Below, in pieces: positions 38,601-47,784 of a stretch of 64,000 nucleotides of DNA. Each line of letters begins with the position of its first letter. Within the stretch, counting starts at the first letter, position 1. The notes below the pieces were generated by a model. That model made no database searches and was not told the origin of the DNA. It saw only the letters and a program-made list of their open reading frames with translations. The position numbers and the translations under genes are program-made. Source of the stretch: Candidatus Nanoarchaeia archaeon (GTDB taxonomy: Archaea; Nanobdellota; Nanobdellia; Woesearchaeales; ARS49); contig JBGPSD010000002.1 in assembly GCA_041489925.1 (NCBI GenBank), positions 55,449 to 119,448 on the forward strand. The letters are read 5' to 3'.

Positions 38601-38771
38601 GCCAATCATCTGCGCAAGCACCTGCACTGTCAGCTCGTCATTCTCCCTTGCAAACCCGTTTACTCCGTCAGCTCCTGAGAATTTCTGGACTGTCATCTGC
38701 TGCGCAAAGCAGACAGGCAGCATTACAACAAGCCAAATCATTGACCATGCCGCGAATTCAAGCAGTTTCAT
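35661..38771 (-). CDS. 1036-aa surface protein (Ig-like repeats + Cys-rich hydrophobic domain)
   Basis: Signal peptide; DFIAP, DDTSP, DKTAP, DLAGN; C-terminal hydrophobic Cys-rich helices. Confidence 0.85.
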   Translation of the reverse strand: MKLLEFAAWSMIWLVVMLPVCFAQQMTVQKFSGADGVNGFARENDELTVQVLAQMIGNPTPDVAKQRVRVFYGDTYYFMDSCTAQSQAMQQCTYKTQDLIFAGTDHYAIKLFDAENKEIETAYKNLTVDFIAPKILVFTLSPNMSMAPKPTTVTYRAEDYGSETGKLTECSGIKFINITANLTTVGLIAGDISACAKNGTFTFTPPSPPGGNGKVRICAVATDYLNHKSAPVCKDIFMDSRKPTPEALELRDADGYLITHARTNQQVTADVFVKIADSDVNGATVYADLTKLNPTLGRKVREGQNGEWFFWRNVAITTPATCQVTVNASDLMGSKDSKTLQCSISIDDTSPEPTAMGTQFVDDTGKSLLGVNGTIFAEFKEAGAGMSKGLAFLDLRSLGLGASVQAQKCEKAGTETWKCFWAVRPTSSSGNYSVKIMPTTRDNLNNQVTKTMQLNLTFDKTAPEGVRIVEIAAFRAEQRVKTNFTSLGETLEFVVEGAGFNTVVADLRDIGGDKETPAERCLGNTTKRCTFSYTNEVSGPQPTNITFTFSDLAGNSVTITTSELFILGIGNETEPNYWTLSTECSPTMLDRSTLSVYEHPVYCRIKLASTNDKASLVTMQAPGIDECSGQTDYISTMSIENNYAGSVEPYMVMTLAPTDYTINELNFSCPVSILTRVGNFIPQNFEHDNVTVTLQFYNLPVGELYNNMDDNIDEVKESISGVWKVIGELQKFMGYAEKICQILNILMNIVALLTMIQLVTGILGEVLSNIPFTKAPGEALKQTSSNVCNIGDKLRIAVDKDDGILSYVQKFCDFITCQRGLMDMLSIAGVGGAEGAGTEWNKWMSTGLGSSSLIGGAGTGAQDPSTYLNVKDSLIFSIVVPPLCVPGIIYNLDKWRQIQCQYGNCLLTDVRENGLPASYCRDQKHYLECRFVLGEIFNLIPFAPLVNYYLNMLQNILSNPLAIIGAIAGLICGKDCGQGTGVPYWLCAGLAIASQLGKTIQDIQNFKTASDFGSVNQNACNDFEDAVDDYESETNA

Positions 38772-40927
38772 GTCAGCACCGGCTTCAAAATGTCCTCGTA
38801 TTGCTCTGACACGCTGAACATTGTGCTTATCTGTTCAAGGTCTTCCACCACCCTTTGGGATTCTGGCAGAAGCTTGTCCAGCGCGAAGTTGATGTAGGTA
38901 AACTCAATATTTCGCGTGTTCTTAAGCTGTTCCTCTGTGATAGTCCAGTCATACTGTGCATAGCCCGATATGAGCGGCGTGTCCTTGCCAAACTGAATTG
39001 GTTGTGTCGGTACCCAATAGCACTTTCTATGACCATCAGTTTTGTAGCAGCGCCTTTGCTTGGGTATTGTCAGGTTCTTTGGCTGCGGGTAAAGGAAGCT
39101 GTAAATCGTGACAGTGTAATCGCCTGCAAACAGCGTCACGTTCTTTGATTCGTCAGACGGCGGGTCTCCGCAGGGTATTTTTGCCTTTTGCGAGGGCGCG
39201 CCGCAGACTGTTCCAAGCACGTTTACAGGCTCCTCCCATTCATTTACTTTCTTCTTTTCAAGCATTATTATTGTGTTTTCATACTTGCCCTGGTTCCAGA
39301 CCTGGGTGGTGTCCATCTCCCAGTTTATGCCGTATCTTCTTAGCATCCATTTCTTTACAGAGAAGTCAACAGGATAGCCGACTCCCATCACAAGGCTGGT
39401 TGATTGGTCGCTCTCGTCAGTTATGTCCATCTGCTGTATTGCGTTTGAGTAATCCCTGTGGGTTGCGGTCACAAATCCTCCAAGGCAGCGCGGGAACTTT
39501 GTCAACAGCTGGCCCTGCACTGTAGCGCCCATGTCGCAGACTTCCTTTCCGCACCTGTAGAGTATTTCAGCGCCGTCAACAGGAGCCCCTGCGCTTGTTG
39601 TGACATTTACAGTGATGTTTCCGCTTGTGCGCTGCTGTGGCGTGCACAGCAGTGTGCTCTGCTCCAAAATTGATGGGACAGCCAGCGTTGGCTCAAGCGC
39701 TGCAAGGGGCATGTTGTTCCTCATGTTTGCCTCGAGGAAATACCTGAAAGAATATCCTTCGCCGCCAAATGCCCCTGGCTGCTTTATTTCCACAAGCACA
39801 GGATAGCTGACGTCATATGCAAAGTTATACCTCCTGACTCCGAACAGGAATCCCCACGTGTTTGATATTCCCTCTGCCTGGCATATCTGGCCATTGCAGT
39901 TGAGGTCAGTGTATGGCTTCCACCACGGCAGGTAGACAAACCTTGCCTCAAGTGATTTGTGCTGTTCAAGGACAGGCACTGTGAATCCGCGGTTGTAAAG
40001 GACTTCATAGAACTTCCTGTCCTTGCCATTTGGCGCAGGAAGGTAGCGGTAATTCTTTGTGTAAGTCACCTTGAGCAGGGGGACATAGCTGGTTAGAATC
40101 TCGCTTATCTTCCGTTCGACATCAAACTTGGTCCACATTTTGCCCCTGCCAAAGCCGAATTCCATGTCTGAGACAGGCGGCAGGGCGTTTTCACTAAGCC
40201 TTGAGAATGTGTCAATAAGGGTCCTTGTCATTTGCTCAAGGAAGCTGTACTGCGCCTCGATGTTTGTTATGTTTGTCGCCAGGGAATAGATTTCATAGAA
40301 GCTTACAGGAAGCTCTGTCACATAGTCCTTTAGCTCAAACCTTTCCTCTCCGCGGGTAATCTCAAGAGGGTATGTCAGCATTACAATCACTGTTGCTGAA
40401 GTCATCTGGGTGTCAGGCTCAATCTCCCCTGTGGGCACAATGTTGTATTGCTGTTCCTTGAAATTTGCAAATTCGCCAAGGCAGTTTGGAAGCTTGTCTT
40501 TTATGTAGCGGTCCATCTGCGTTTTAATATTTTCAAGCGAAGGCCGCTCGCTGCTGAACTCGCAGTCGCCGACGCAGTTGTTCTTTGAGCTGAGGTGCCA
40601 CCAGTACGGGATTTTCAGTTCTGAATCAGGGGCAAACTGCACAGCGCGCCCTTCTGTCGGCTCTATCGGGTTGTAGCCCTGCCTTGGCTCAATGTATCCT
40701 CCGCGCTCGCCAAGCCTCTTGAGAGCTTCTTTCGCTGTTATTTTGAGGCAGTCCTGCACATAGTTGCGCAATGGCTGCATCTCTTCGGGAATTTTTGAAA
40801 CAACTGCCTCCTGCGCCTCAAGCGGTGCTATTGCCGCCTGCGAAGTTACGTAAAGGTATATGCCTATGCCGACCAGGAGAAGTAGCCCAATGATTATGAA
40901 AATAGTTATCTGCCCCTTTTTTGTCAT
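38768..40927 (-). CDS. Large class III signal-peptide (pilin-like) protein
   Basis: MTKKG/QITIFIIIGLLLLV; YVQDC, LGERGG, IPYWW, FAYDVSY; paralog of 31453..33432. Confidence 0.85.
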   Translation of the reverse strand: MTKKGQITIFIIIGLLLLVGIGIYLYVTSQAAIAPLEAQEAVVSKIPEEMQPLRNYVQDCLKITAKEALKRLGERGGYIEPRQGYNPIEPTEGRAVQFAPDSELKIPYWWHLSSKNNCVGDCEFSSERPSLENIKTQMDRYIKDKLPNCLGEFANFKEQQYNIVPTGEIEPDTQMTSATVIVMLTYPLEITRGEERFELKDYVTELPVSFYEIYSLATNITNIEAQYSFLEQMTRTLIDTFSRLSENALPPVSDMEFGFGRGKMWTKFDVERKISEILTSYVPLLKVTYTKNYRYLPAPNGKDRKFYEVLYNRGFTVPVLEQHKSLEARFVYLPWWKPYTDLNCNGQICQAEGISNTWGFLFGVRRYNFAYDVSYPVLVEIKQPGAFGGEGYSFRYFLEANMRNNMPLAALEPTLAVPSILEQSTLLCTPQQRTSGNITVNVTTSAGAPVDGAEILYRCGKEVCDMGATVQGQLLTKFPRCLGGFVTATHRDYSNAIQQMDITDESDQSTSLVMGVGYPVDFSVKKWMLRRYGINWEMDTTQVWNQGKYENTIIMLEKKKVNEWEEPVNVLGTVCGAPSQKAKIPCGDPPSDESKNVTLFAGDYTVTIYSFLYPQPKNLTIPKQRRCYKTDGHRKCYWVPTQPIQFGKDTPLISGYAQYDWTITEEQLKNTRNIEFTYINFALDKLLPESQRVVEDLEQISTMFSVSEQYEDILKPVLT

Positions 40928-41074
40928 AGCAAACCCTTTTTTAATGCACTACTATTCTATGCACGAAAAAACCGCAGTTGGGTATATAAATTTAACTATA
41001 TTATATAGACGATAAATGTTACCTTCCAAGAATGACGATAAATATTTATATATGCCTGTCTGGAGTGTTGTTTT

Positions 41075-41359
41075 ATGGTTGTCGGGGATTTGGTTGAATA
41101 CCTTCGCGAGCACCTTGAGCTTGGCTATGACATCCACGAACTTAAGCTCCAGCTTGTCCGCTATGGCCACTCTGCGAAGAATGTTGAGGAGGCGCTTGAC
41201 GTCCTTAGAAAAGAGGCATTGAACGGGCTTCCATCACCCTCGCTGCCAGAACACATCGCGACAGCAGCCCACATCTGGCTGTTAATGCCTGCGATGCTTT
41301 TTGTCCTGATGTTTTCTATCGGGCTTATTATGTTCTTTCTGAGAAATCCTGCATTGTAA
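41075..41359 (+). CDS. Small membrane protein with helical N-domain
   Basis: LVEYLREHLELGYDIHELKLQLVRYGH resembles the N-terminus of 56168..57097; C-terminal TM. Confidence 0.75.
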   Translation: MVVGDLVEYLREHLELGYDIHELKLQLVRYGHSAKNVEEALDVLRKEALNGLPSPSLPEHIATAAHIWLLMPAMLFVLMFSIGLIMFFLRNPAL

Positions 41360-41382
41360 GACTTTATCTATTAAGAATGAAC

Positions 41383-42069
41383 TTACTTCTCGTATTCAAG
41401 AGAGTAAATCGTGAGTGCCGCATTGCTGAGCTCGACGTCAATTGTTATGTCCTTTGTGCCAAGAGCCTTGCTGCAGCTGTGGACACATGCCGCTGTGAAT
41501 GTTCCGTCGCTGTTTATCTTCACAAGGTCATTGTCAAAGAGAAGGAACCTGCTGCCTTGCGTGGCTGCATAAACCCTTGCAAACCCGTTTCCGTCGACTT
41601 TTCCTGAAATTGTCAGTGACTTTGGCAAATCATCAAGGTGGATTATCCTTGAGCCTGACTCGACAAAAGCAAGGTTCAAATCCTGCACCACAGTTTGCTG
41701 ATTGACATCTGCTGTCACAGCGCCGAAAACCGCGGGCTTGAAAAACACCATGAAGCTGAAAAGCACGAGCAGGACAGCGGCTGCGATGATGTGCGTTGTC
41801 GCGTGCATGCTGCTGCTCTGCACAGGGTTTTGTATTCCATTGTAAACCTTGACGAGCTGGTCATACGCGAGCTCCTTGTGCATCGGGTCTATGTTCGAGG
41901 AAGCCATCTGCTTGTAAACTTCAAGAAGGTCCTTGTACTTTGCTGTCGCACCCTCAACATCGCTGCTGTCAATGCAGTCCTGCGTGGCGTGGTACGCGTC
42001 AACAAACTTCTGGACAAGCTCTATCTTTTCCTCGGGAATTGTAATCACCTTTGCATACTTTCTTGGCAA
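41383..42069 (-). CDS. Single-pass membrane protein
   Basis: 228 aa, TTG start, helical N-domain, TM, beta-rich C-domain. Confidence 0.7.
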   Translation of the reverse strand: MPRKYAKVITIPEEKIELVQKFVDAYHATQDCIDSSDVEGATAKYKDLLEVYKQMASSNIDPMHKELAYDQLVKVYNGIQNPVQSSSMHATTHIIAAAVLLVLFSFMVFFKPAVFGAVTADVNQQTVVQDLNLAFVESGSRIIHLDDLPKSLTISGKVDGNGFARVYAATQGSRFLLFDNDLVKINSDGTFTAACVHSCSKALGTKDITIDVELSNAALTIYSLEYEK

Positions 42070-42129
42070 CCTTCTATATAAACCTTTTGTGAAGTAAAGT
42101 TTTTATACTCATCGTCAAGAGTTGAAGTT

Positions 42130-42273
42130 ATGAACGGCAAACTGCCGGAGAGGCAGCCTGCGGGCGCGATGATTTGCCCCAGATGCAGGAAGCCGGCTCT
42201 GCAATTCGTTGAGGCGTCATCTGAGCTCGTCTGCACGAATTGCGGCTTTAAACAACCAATAAAAAAGGTGTAA
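42130..42273 (+). CDS. 47-aa TFIIB-type zinc-ribbon protein
   Basis: Not in the ORF track; hand translation MNGKLPERQPAGAMICPRCRKPALQFVEASSELVCTNCGFKQPIKKV; ends 2 bp before the NYN gene. Confidence 0.7.
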   Translation: MNGKLPERQPAGAMICPRCRKPALQFVEASSELVCTNCGFKQPIKKV

Positions 42274-42275
42274 TC

Positions 42276-42866
42276 GTGGCAAAAAACACTCCAAAGGCGC
42301 AAAGGATCGGCGTTTTCGTCGACGTGCAGAACATGTATTATTCAGGAAGGTACATGTACAATTCAAAGGTCAACTTCAAGGCATTGCTCAATGAGGCAGT
42401 GCAGGGAAGGACGCTTATCAGGGCAATCGCGTATGTTATCCGCACAGAGGACGTTGGAAGGGAGGAATTCTTCAAGGTGCTTGAGAACATGGGCTATGAA
42501 ATAAAGGCAAAGGACATCCAGATTTTTGTTGACGGCTCAAAGAAAGGCGACTGGGACATTGGAATCGCGATGGATATGATTGAAATGGCTCCAAGGCTTG
42601 ACACGCTCGTGCTTATTTCAGGCGACGGGGATTTCATCCCGCTTGTCGAGCACCTTCAGCGCGCAATGGGCTGCCGTGTTGAAGTCATTGCGTTCGGCAA
42701 GAGCGCTTCAGGAAAATTAAAGGAAGCCGCGAACTCATTCGTTGACCTTGACGAGAACCCGAAGAAATTCCTTATCGCAAGGTCAGCAAGGCCAAGGGCG
42801 CCTGAAGGACAGATAGAGACGCACCATCAGGGGGTTGAAAGAAGTGCTAGAGGCCAACAGCGATAA
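42276..42866 (+). CDS. NYN domain (LabA/DUF88) protein
   Basis: FVDVQN, KGDWDIGIAMD, LISGDGDF. Confidence 0.92.
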   Translation: MAKNTPKAQRIGVFVDVQNMYYSGRYMYNSKVNFKALLNEAVQGRTLIRAIAYVIRTEDVGREEFFKVLENMGYEIKAKDIQIFVDGSKKGDWDIGIAMDMIEMAPRLDTLVLISGDGDFIPLVEHLQRAMGCRVEVIAFGKSASGKLKEAANSFVDLDENPKKFLIARSARPRAPEGQIETHHQGVERSARGQQR

Positions 42867-43158
42867 CTTCGCAAAGGAAGTTCTGGAAAGCAAGATTCCT
42901 GTAGTTGTGGATTATTGGGCCCCGTGGTGTCAGCCATGTAAGATGCTTGCCCCCATTTTTGAAAGCGTGTCAAAGCAGTTCACAGACAAAATAAAATTTG
43001 TCAAGTGCAACATTGAAGAAAACCAGGAAATCGCAACTGAGAACGGCATAATGAGCATTCCCTGCCTTGTCATCTACAAGGACGGCAAGGAAGAAGGGCG
43101 CTTGGTCGGCAACCAGTCAGAAGATATTCTTGTCCAGCAGCTTAGGACTTTTTTGTAA
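42835..43158 (+). CDS. trxA: Thioredoxin
   Basis: DYWAPWCQPCK, MSIP; TTG start. Confidence 0.93.
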   Translation: MKEVLEANSDNFAKEVLESKIPVVVDYWAPWCQPCKMLAPIFESVSKQFTDKIKFVKCNIEENQEIATENGIMSIPCLVIYKDGKEEGRLVGNQSEDILVQQLRTFL

Positions 43159-43161
43159 TTC

Positions 43162-43947
43162 TTACTCAACAAACTTTGTCACAGCCCAGATTACTCCGAT
43201 GCCGAGGAAGAAGAAAAGCATCTGGAGCGAGGCTGAAGAAAGTTTTTTTGTCTTGTGCAGTTCAGGCAGGAGGTCAACTGTGGACATGTAAATAAATCCG
43301 CCTGCTGCTATCGGGATAAATGTCTGGGTTATGTTGCTGAGCCCTGACGCGAAAAAGAATGCGAACAATGCTCCTGCAACTGCGACAAGTGCTGAAATCA
43401 GGTTGTATGTGAGGGCTTCTGCGCGCGTGAATCCGCCGTAAATAAGCACTCCGAAATCACCTATTTCCTGCGGGATTTCGTGGGCTATGACTGCGAGTGT
43501 GGTTATCAAGCCAAGCGGAATGCTGACAAGGTAGCTTGTCGCGATTATTGCGCCGTCCATGAAGTTGTGCGCGCCGTCGCCGATAAGGTTGAGGTAGACA
43601 ACGGGCATCTTGTGATGGTGGTGCCCGATTGTTTTTCCTGCTTTAATGTGGGTGTGCCTTTCGCACTCCATGTTGTGGCAGTGGTACCAGCAGAGGAATT
43701 CCTCAATGACAAAAAATATCACTATTCCCAAAAGCACATACCAGAACACTCCGTCAACGCCATTCTCCAAAGCCTCTGGAAGCAAATCAAGGAATGCAGC
43801 GCCAAGCATTGCTCCTGCTGCAAAGCTGACCATCATCAAAAGCAACCTGTGCAGGCGCTTTGGGTCAAGCGCGATTGTGAAGATTCCGATGAGTGAGATC
43901 AGGCTGACAACAACTACTGATAACAGGATATACGCAAGCACGTGCAT
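43162..43947 (-). CDS. ZIP-family metal transporter
   Basis: HNFMDG, HEIPQEIGDF, His-rich loop. Confidence 0.93.
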   Translation of the reverse strand: MHVLAYILLSVVVVSLISLIGIFTIALDPKRLHRLLLMMVSFAAGAMLGAAFLDLLPEALENGVDGVFWYVLLGIVIFFVIEEFLCWYHCHNMECERHTHIKAGKTIGHHHHKMPVVYLNLIGDGAHNFMDGAIIATSYLVSIPLGLITTLAVIAHEIPQEIGDFGVLIYGGFTRAEALTYNLISALVAVAGALFAFFFASGLSNITQTFIPIAAGGFIYMSTVDLLPELHKTKKLSSASLQMLFFFLGIGVIWAVTKFVE

Positions 43948-44025
43948 ATCCAGGACGTCGCCAAACCACTATAAAAAGCTTTTGCAAGGGAAAAGATTAA
44001 AAACACATACAGCGCGAGGCAGGGC

Positions 44026-44688
44026 ATGCTAAAGCTTCCGGTTATTGTTGTCAACTGCAAGGCGTATGAGAAATGCGTCGGTGAGGGTGCGGTCCGCATG
44101 GCAGGCATTTGCGAGCGTGTCGCAAAGCTGATGAAGACAACAATCGCTGTCGCTGTTGAGACCGCTGACATTTATCACGTGAAAATGGCTGTCGGCATTC
44201 CTGTTTTTGCCCAGCATGTTGATGCAGATGAGCCTGGAGCGCACACAGGCGATGTGCTTCCTGAGTCTGTGAAGGACGCAGGCGCAGTCGGAACACTGCT
44301 GAACCATTCTGAAAAGAAACTCACCTTCCCGGTTTTGAAAAAATCAGTTGAGCGCGCAAAAAAAGCAGGACTGCTCACTTTGGTCTGCGCTGCAACGCCT
44401 GAAGAAGCCAAAAAAATAGCAGAGTTAAAGCCGGACTTTATCGCGATTGAGCCTCCTGAATTAATCGGCGGCAACATCTCAGTCAGCAAGGCAAAGCCAG
44501 AAGTTGTCACAGCGACAACAAAGGCAATAAAAAACATCCCCATACTTTGCGGTGCAGGAGTAAAGACAAAGGAAGATGTCCGTAAAGCAGTCCAGCTTGG
44601 TGTAAAGGGAATTCTTGTCGCGTCAGGAGTGACTTTGGCGAAAAATCCAGAGCAGGTCCTTAAGGATTTTGCAGCAGCACTGCAGTGA
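44026..44688 (+). CDS. tpiA: Triosephosphate isomerase, archaeal type
   Basis: VNCKAY, NHSE, IEPPELIG, CGAGV, LVASG. Confidence 0.95.
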   Translation: MLKLPVIVVNCKAYEKCVGEGAVRMAGICERVAKLMKTTIAVAVETADIYHVKMAVGIPVFAQHVDADEPGAHTGDVLPESVKDAGAVGTLLNHSEKKLTFPVLKKSVERAKKAGLLTLVCAATPEEAKKIAELKPDFIAIEPPELIGGNISVSKAKPEVVTATTKAIKNIPILCGAGVKTKEDVRKAVQLGVKGILVASGVTLAKNPEQVLKDFAAALQ

Positions 44689-44691
44689 TAA

Positions 44692-45288
44692 TCACCTGAC
44701 TTCAAGCATTATCTGGTATATCTTGTCATACACTGGCGCCTGAAGCACGCATTCTGACGGCTCTGCGTCAAACACGCAGACATTGAACACTGCAGTCGCC
44801 CCGCGTGGTGTCGATACCCCGTCATCCACCTGTGTTCCTGCGCGGACGCGAAGCTGGATGGTCTCGTATTTTTTCGGCTTTATGTAAATCTGCTCCTGTG
44901 TTTTGAACGAACCAAGCCACTTTGACTCTATATAGTCCTTTGACCCGATGTCAATCTGCTTGCCTGCGCGGTCATAAATGCCAGAGAACCCTATCACGAC
45001 GCTAAATCCGCGCTCATCAGTGTTGATGTTTCTTATTCCAAGCCCGAATGTTGAGTCCTTGCCCAGGTCTGCGGTCTTTTTGTTTATCGGTATTGCGACA
45101 ATCTCATTGCTGTCCCTCAGCATTGCCTCTATCTGGGATTTTGTCTGCAGGTCAATCCCTGACTGTATTTCGCCTGCTCCGCCGAACATTTTCCAGACCA
45201 GCGCTATGCCGCCGATGAAAATTATTATGCTGATTATGAGAAGGACAATCATGTTTATCGGCAGCTCAAGCCCCTTCTTGTTCATCAT
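44692..45288 (-). CDS. Class III signal-peptide (pilin-like) protein
   Basis: NKKG/LELPINMIVLLII; paralog of 47155..47784. Confidence 0.8.
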   Translation of the reverse strand: MMNKKGLELPINMIVLLIISIIIFIGGIALVWKMFGGAGEIQSGIDLQTKSQIEAMLRDSNEIVAIPINKKTADLGKDSTFGLGIRNINTDERGFSVVIGFSGIYDRAGKQIDIGSKDYIESKWLGSFKTQEQIYIKPKKYETIQLRVRAGTQVDDGVSTPRGATAVFNVCVFDAEPSECVLQAPVYDKIYQIMLEVR

Positions 45289-45289
45289 T

Positions 45290-46669
45290 TTACACATCCG
45301 GGTTCAAAATAACAACCTTGCCGAGTGGTTTTGAGAAGTCGCCGCTCTTTGCTTCATCGTTCTGCGTGTACTCATACCACACCTGCAAGTTAAGGCTGCG
45401 CTCCTGCTCTTCTGCCCCGCCTGCGGGTATTGTGAATTCAACACTCTGCACATCGCCCTTGTTTGCGAGCTCCTTGCCAATTACTGCAGACGCGACTTCC
45501 TGCGAGCCGTCAAGCAGCTTCAGGTCTGTTAGCTTCACTGAGCCGATTGTGTCCTGCTTCTGCTGGAGCTTGAAGTCAATTGTGAACTTGTCTGTTTTTA
45601 CATTGAATGGCGAATTGTACTTGTAAGTGTTCTGAAGCTCAAACACGCCCATTGACCTGGGGTCAAACAATGCCTGTGGCTGGACTGTAATTCCTTGCTT
45701 AAGCTGGGCGACACAGCTGTTTGCAACGCAGCTTCTTGCAAGGTATGTGCCCCCTCCTGTGCACGGACCGCAGTCAGCAGGGCACGTGCATTTTGTTTCA
45801 GAGCCATCGCATATGCCGTTTCCGCAGGCTCCGGGGATTGGCTTGTAGTTGCAGAAGAAACTTGTCTGGAGCCCGCATTCCTCTTTCATTCCCGCAATCT
45901 TTTCGCATACAGGGCAGCCTGATGACGCGTTCGGCCTTGCCCACGCGAATTTCAGGGACTGGTATGAGTTTGCAAGTGTTGCGCTCTTTGGCGTGGATGA
46001 CGAGCCTGATTTCTGGACATAGTCAAGGTACACCTTGAGGTTGAGGTTGGTAAGCTCGCCGTCGCGGTCTGCTGTTGGGAAATCAATTATCAGCCTTTCT
46101 TTTGCAGTGCTTCCCTCGAAAAGGTTCCTGTTCACTGCCTTGTCTGCGAGCTGTATTGTGCGCTTGTCTGGCGTCATTGCTGTAAGCTCAAGGCGGGAAA
46201 TCTTGATGTCGCTCATTCCTGATGCAAGGGAATTGATTCCGAACTCGAGCATGAACTGGTCTTTCTTTGTGTTGAACGGCTGGTTGAATGTTGTTGTTGC
46301 CTCAATCTTGCTGCCGCCTGTAGAAAGCTCTTTGGTCTGCGTTATCGGCTTCTGCGCTGTCGCTGGAATGTCCTGCACGCATGCAGTGTTGTCTTTGTTG
46401 CAGGTCTGCTCAAGGTATTTGCCAAGCTTTCCAGAGCAGTCTCCGCAGTCATCAGTGCAGGAGCACGTGTTTTCCCCTACTTTTGCCTCGCAAAGTCCAT
46501 TGCCGCATTCTCCTGGGATTGGAGTGTACTGGCACTTCTTGTCAACGCATTTTGCAGTGTAGTATGCCTTTACGCACTGTTCGTCTTTTTTGCATTCTGC
46601 CTTTCCACAGCCTGCAAGTATCAGAAGCAAAGCGATAACTGCTATTATTACTAGGTGTCTGCACCTCAT
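45290..46669 (-). CDS. Cys-rich lipoprotein, internally duplicated
   Basis: LAG/C lipobox; PIPGxCGNGxC...CxCxxDCG and FNQPFN/YNSPFN..DxF each occur twice. Confidence 0.8.
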   Translation of the reverse strand: MRCRHLVIIAVIALLLILAGCGKAECKKDEQCVKAYYTAKCVDKKCQYTPIPGECGNGLCEAKVGENTCSCTDDCGDCSGKLGKYLEQTCNKDNTACVQDIPATAQKPITQTKELSTGGSKIEATTTFNQPFNTKKDQFMLEFGINSLASGMSDIKISRLELTAMTPDKRTIQLADKAVNRNLFEGSTAKERLIIDFPTADRDGELTNLNLKVYLDYVQKSGSSSTPKSATLANSYQSLKFAWARPNASSGCPVCEKIAGMKEECGLQTSFFCNYKPIPGACGNGICDGSETKCTCPADCGPCTGGGTYLARSCVANSCVAQLKQGITVQPQALFDPRSMGVFELQNTYKYNSPFNVKTDKFTIDFKLQQKQDTIGSVKLTDLKLLDGSQEVASAVIGKELANKGDVQSVEFTIPAGGAEEQERSLNLQVWYEYTQNDEAKSGDFSKPLGKVVILNPDV

Positions 46670-46731
46670 TTTGTGTTAATCTGGCAGGTATTTGTATATA
46701 AATATTACTTAATTACAGAACTTCTCTTTGT

Positions 46732-46935
46732 TTAATCCTTACTGTGTATGCCGAGCCAGTTCACCATAGGGCAATAGCCGATGAAGCTTTCAACCAGTGC
46801 GATTATGCCCAGAAGCACAATCAGCATGTTTGCCCATCCGCAGTGCCAGAATCTTGGTGCAAGAGGCCCAAGCAGCCAGAATGCAAGGATAAACCTGAGT
46901 GCCCTGTCCAGTGTTCCAAGGTTTTGCTTAATCAT
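46732..46935 (-). CDS. DUF2892 (YgaP-like) membrane protein
   Basis: NLGTLDRALR...GYCP. Confidence 0.85.
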   Translation of the reverse strand: MIKQNLGTLDRALRFILAFWLLGPLAPRFWHCGWANMLIVLLGIIALVESFIGYCPMVNWLGIHSKD

Positions 46936-47153
46936 CGTAATTGCTCAAACTCCGAGATTATTATCCACGCAAATATTAGCATTATCACGGCGCCTGCGCC
47001 TATGAACCATGCTCCATTCTGGAACGTGTCAGTAATGCTTGTGTACAAGCCCCAGCCGATGAATGCTGTGCCCAGCCAGAGGAACTTGTCAAGTACCATC
47101 CTCATTATGTCAAATTCCTCTGAATGTGTCAGCCTTCGTTTTATCTTTGCCAT
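46932..47153 (-). CDS. Small two-TM protein
   Basis: 73 aa, tightly packed with both neighbours. Confidence 0.75.
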   Translation of the reverse strand: MAKIKRRLTHSEEFDIMRMVLDKFLWLGTAFIGWGLYTSITDTFQNGAWFIGAGAVIMLIFAWIIISEFEQLR

Positions 47154-47154
47154 T

Positions 47155-47784
47155 TTAGCTCAGTATGATGTGGAATGGTTTTGTCTGGGTGCTCCAGGTG
47201 CTTGTTGCGCCGCAGCAGTCTGCGCCTTCCTCGCAGTCAGTTTCGCCCTGGTAAACATACAGCTTCATCAGGTATGTGTCAGGGTTTGCGTTTGCAATCT
47301 GCATTGTGGCTGGCGAGACAGAAATGTCTCCACCTGGAACCTCAAATTCGCTTAACAGGCTCGGGAACCAATTCTCGCCTGATGCGGGCCTGTTGTTGTC
47401 CGCGTCCCTTCCGCCCACCTGGACGTTGGGCTGTCCCCCACTAATGCATTCTTCTGTATTGAATGCCTTTACGCACCCAATTGAAATCCTGAAACATCTT
47501 GTTTGTGGTGCATTATTGCGCACTCCTATGTGGAATGGGAATGGCGAGCCGCGCTTGACCTCAAGTTCTGTGCCCTTGTCCATGACAACGAGCTCTCCTG
47601 AATCCTCCATGTTCTTCCTGAGCTGGTCCTTGATTTTGGCGAACTCACCGCCGATAAGCTCTGTTCCGCCCTTGAACATGTTCTTGATGAAGAATATTGC
47701 AAGCCCGAGAAGCGTGATTGCGATGATAAGAACGACAATTGCAGTGATTGAAAGCTCCAATGCACCCTTTTTGTTCCTGCGCAT
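47155..47784 (-). CDS. Class III signal-peptide (pilin-like) protein
   Basis: NKKG/ALELSITAIVVLII; GAGGTG SD. Confidence 0.85.
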   Translation of the reverse strand: MRRNKKGALELSITAIVVLIIAITLLGLAIFFIKNMFKGGTELIGGEFAKIKDQLRKNMEDSGELVVMDKGTELEVKRGSPFPFHIGVRNNAPQTRCFRISIGCVKAFNTEECISGGQPNVQVGGRDADNNRPASGENWFPSLLSEFEVPGGDISVSPATMQIANANPDTYLMKLYVYQGETDCEEGADCCGATSTWSTQTKPFHIILS

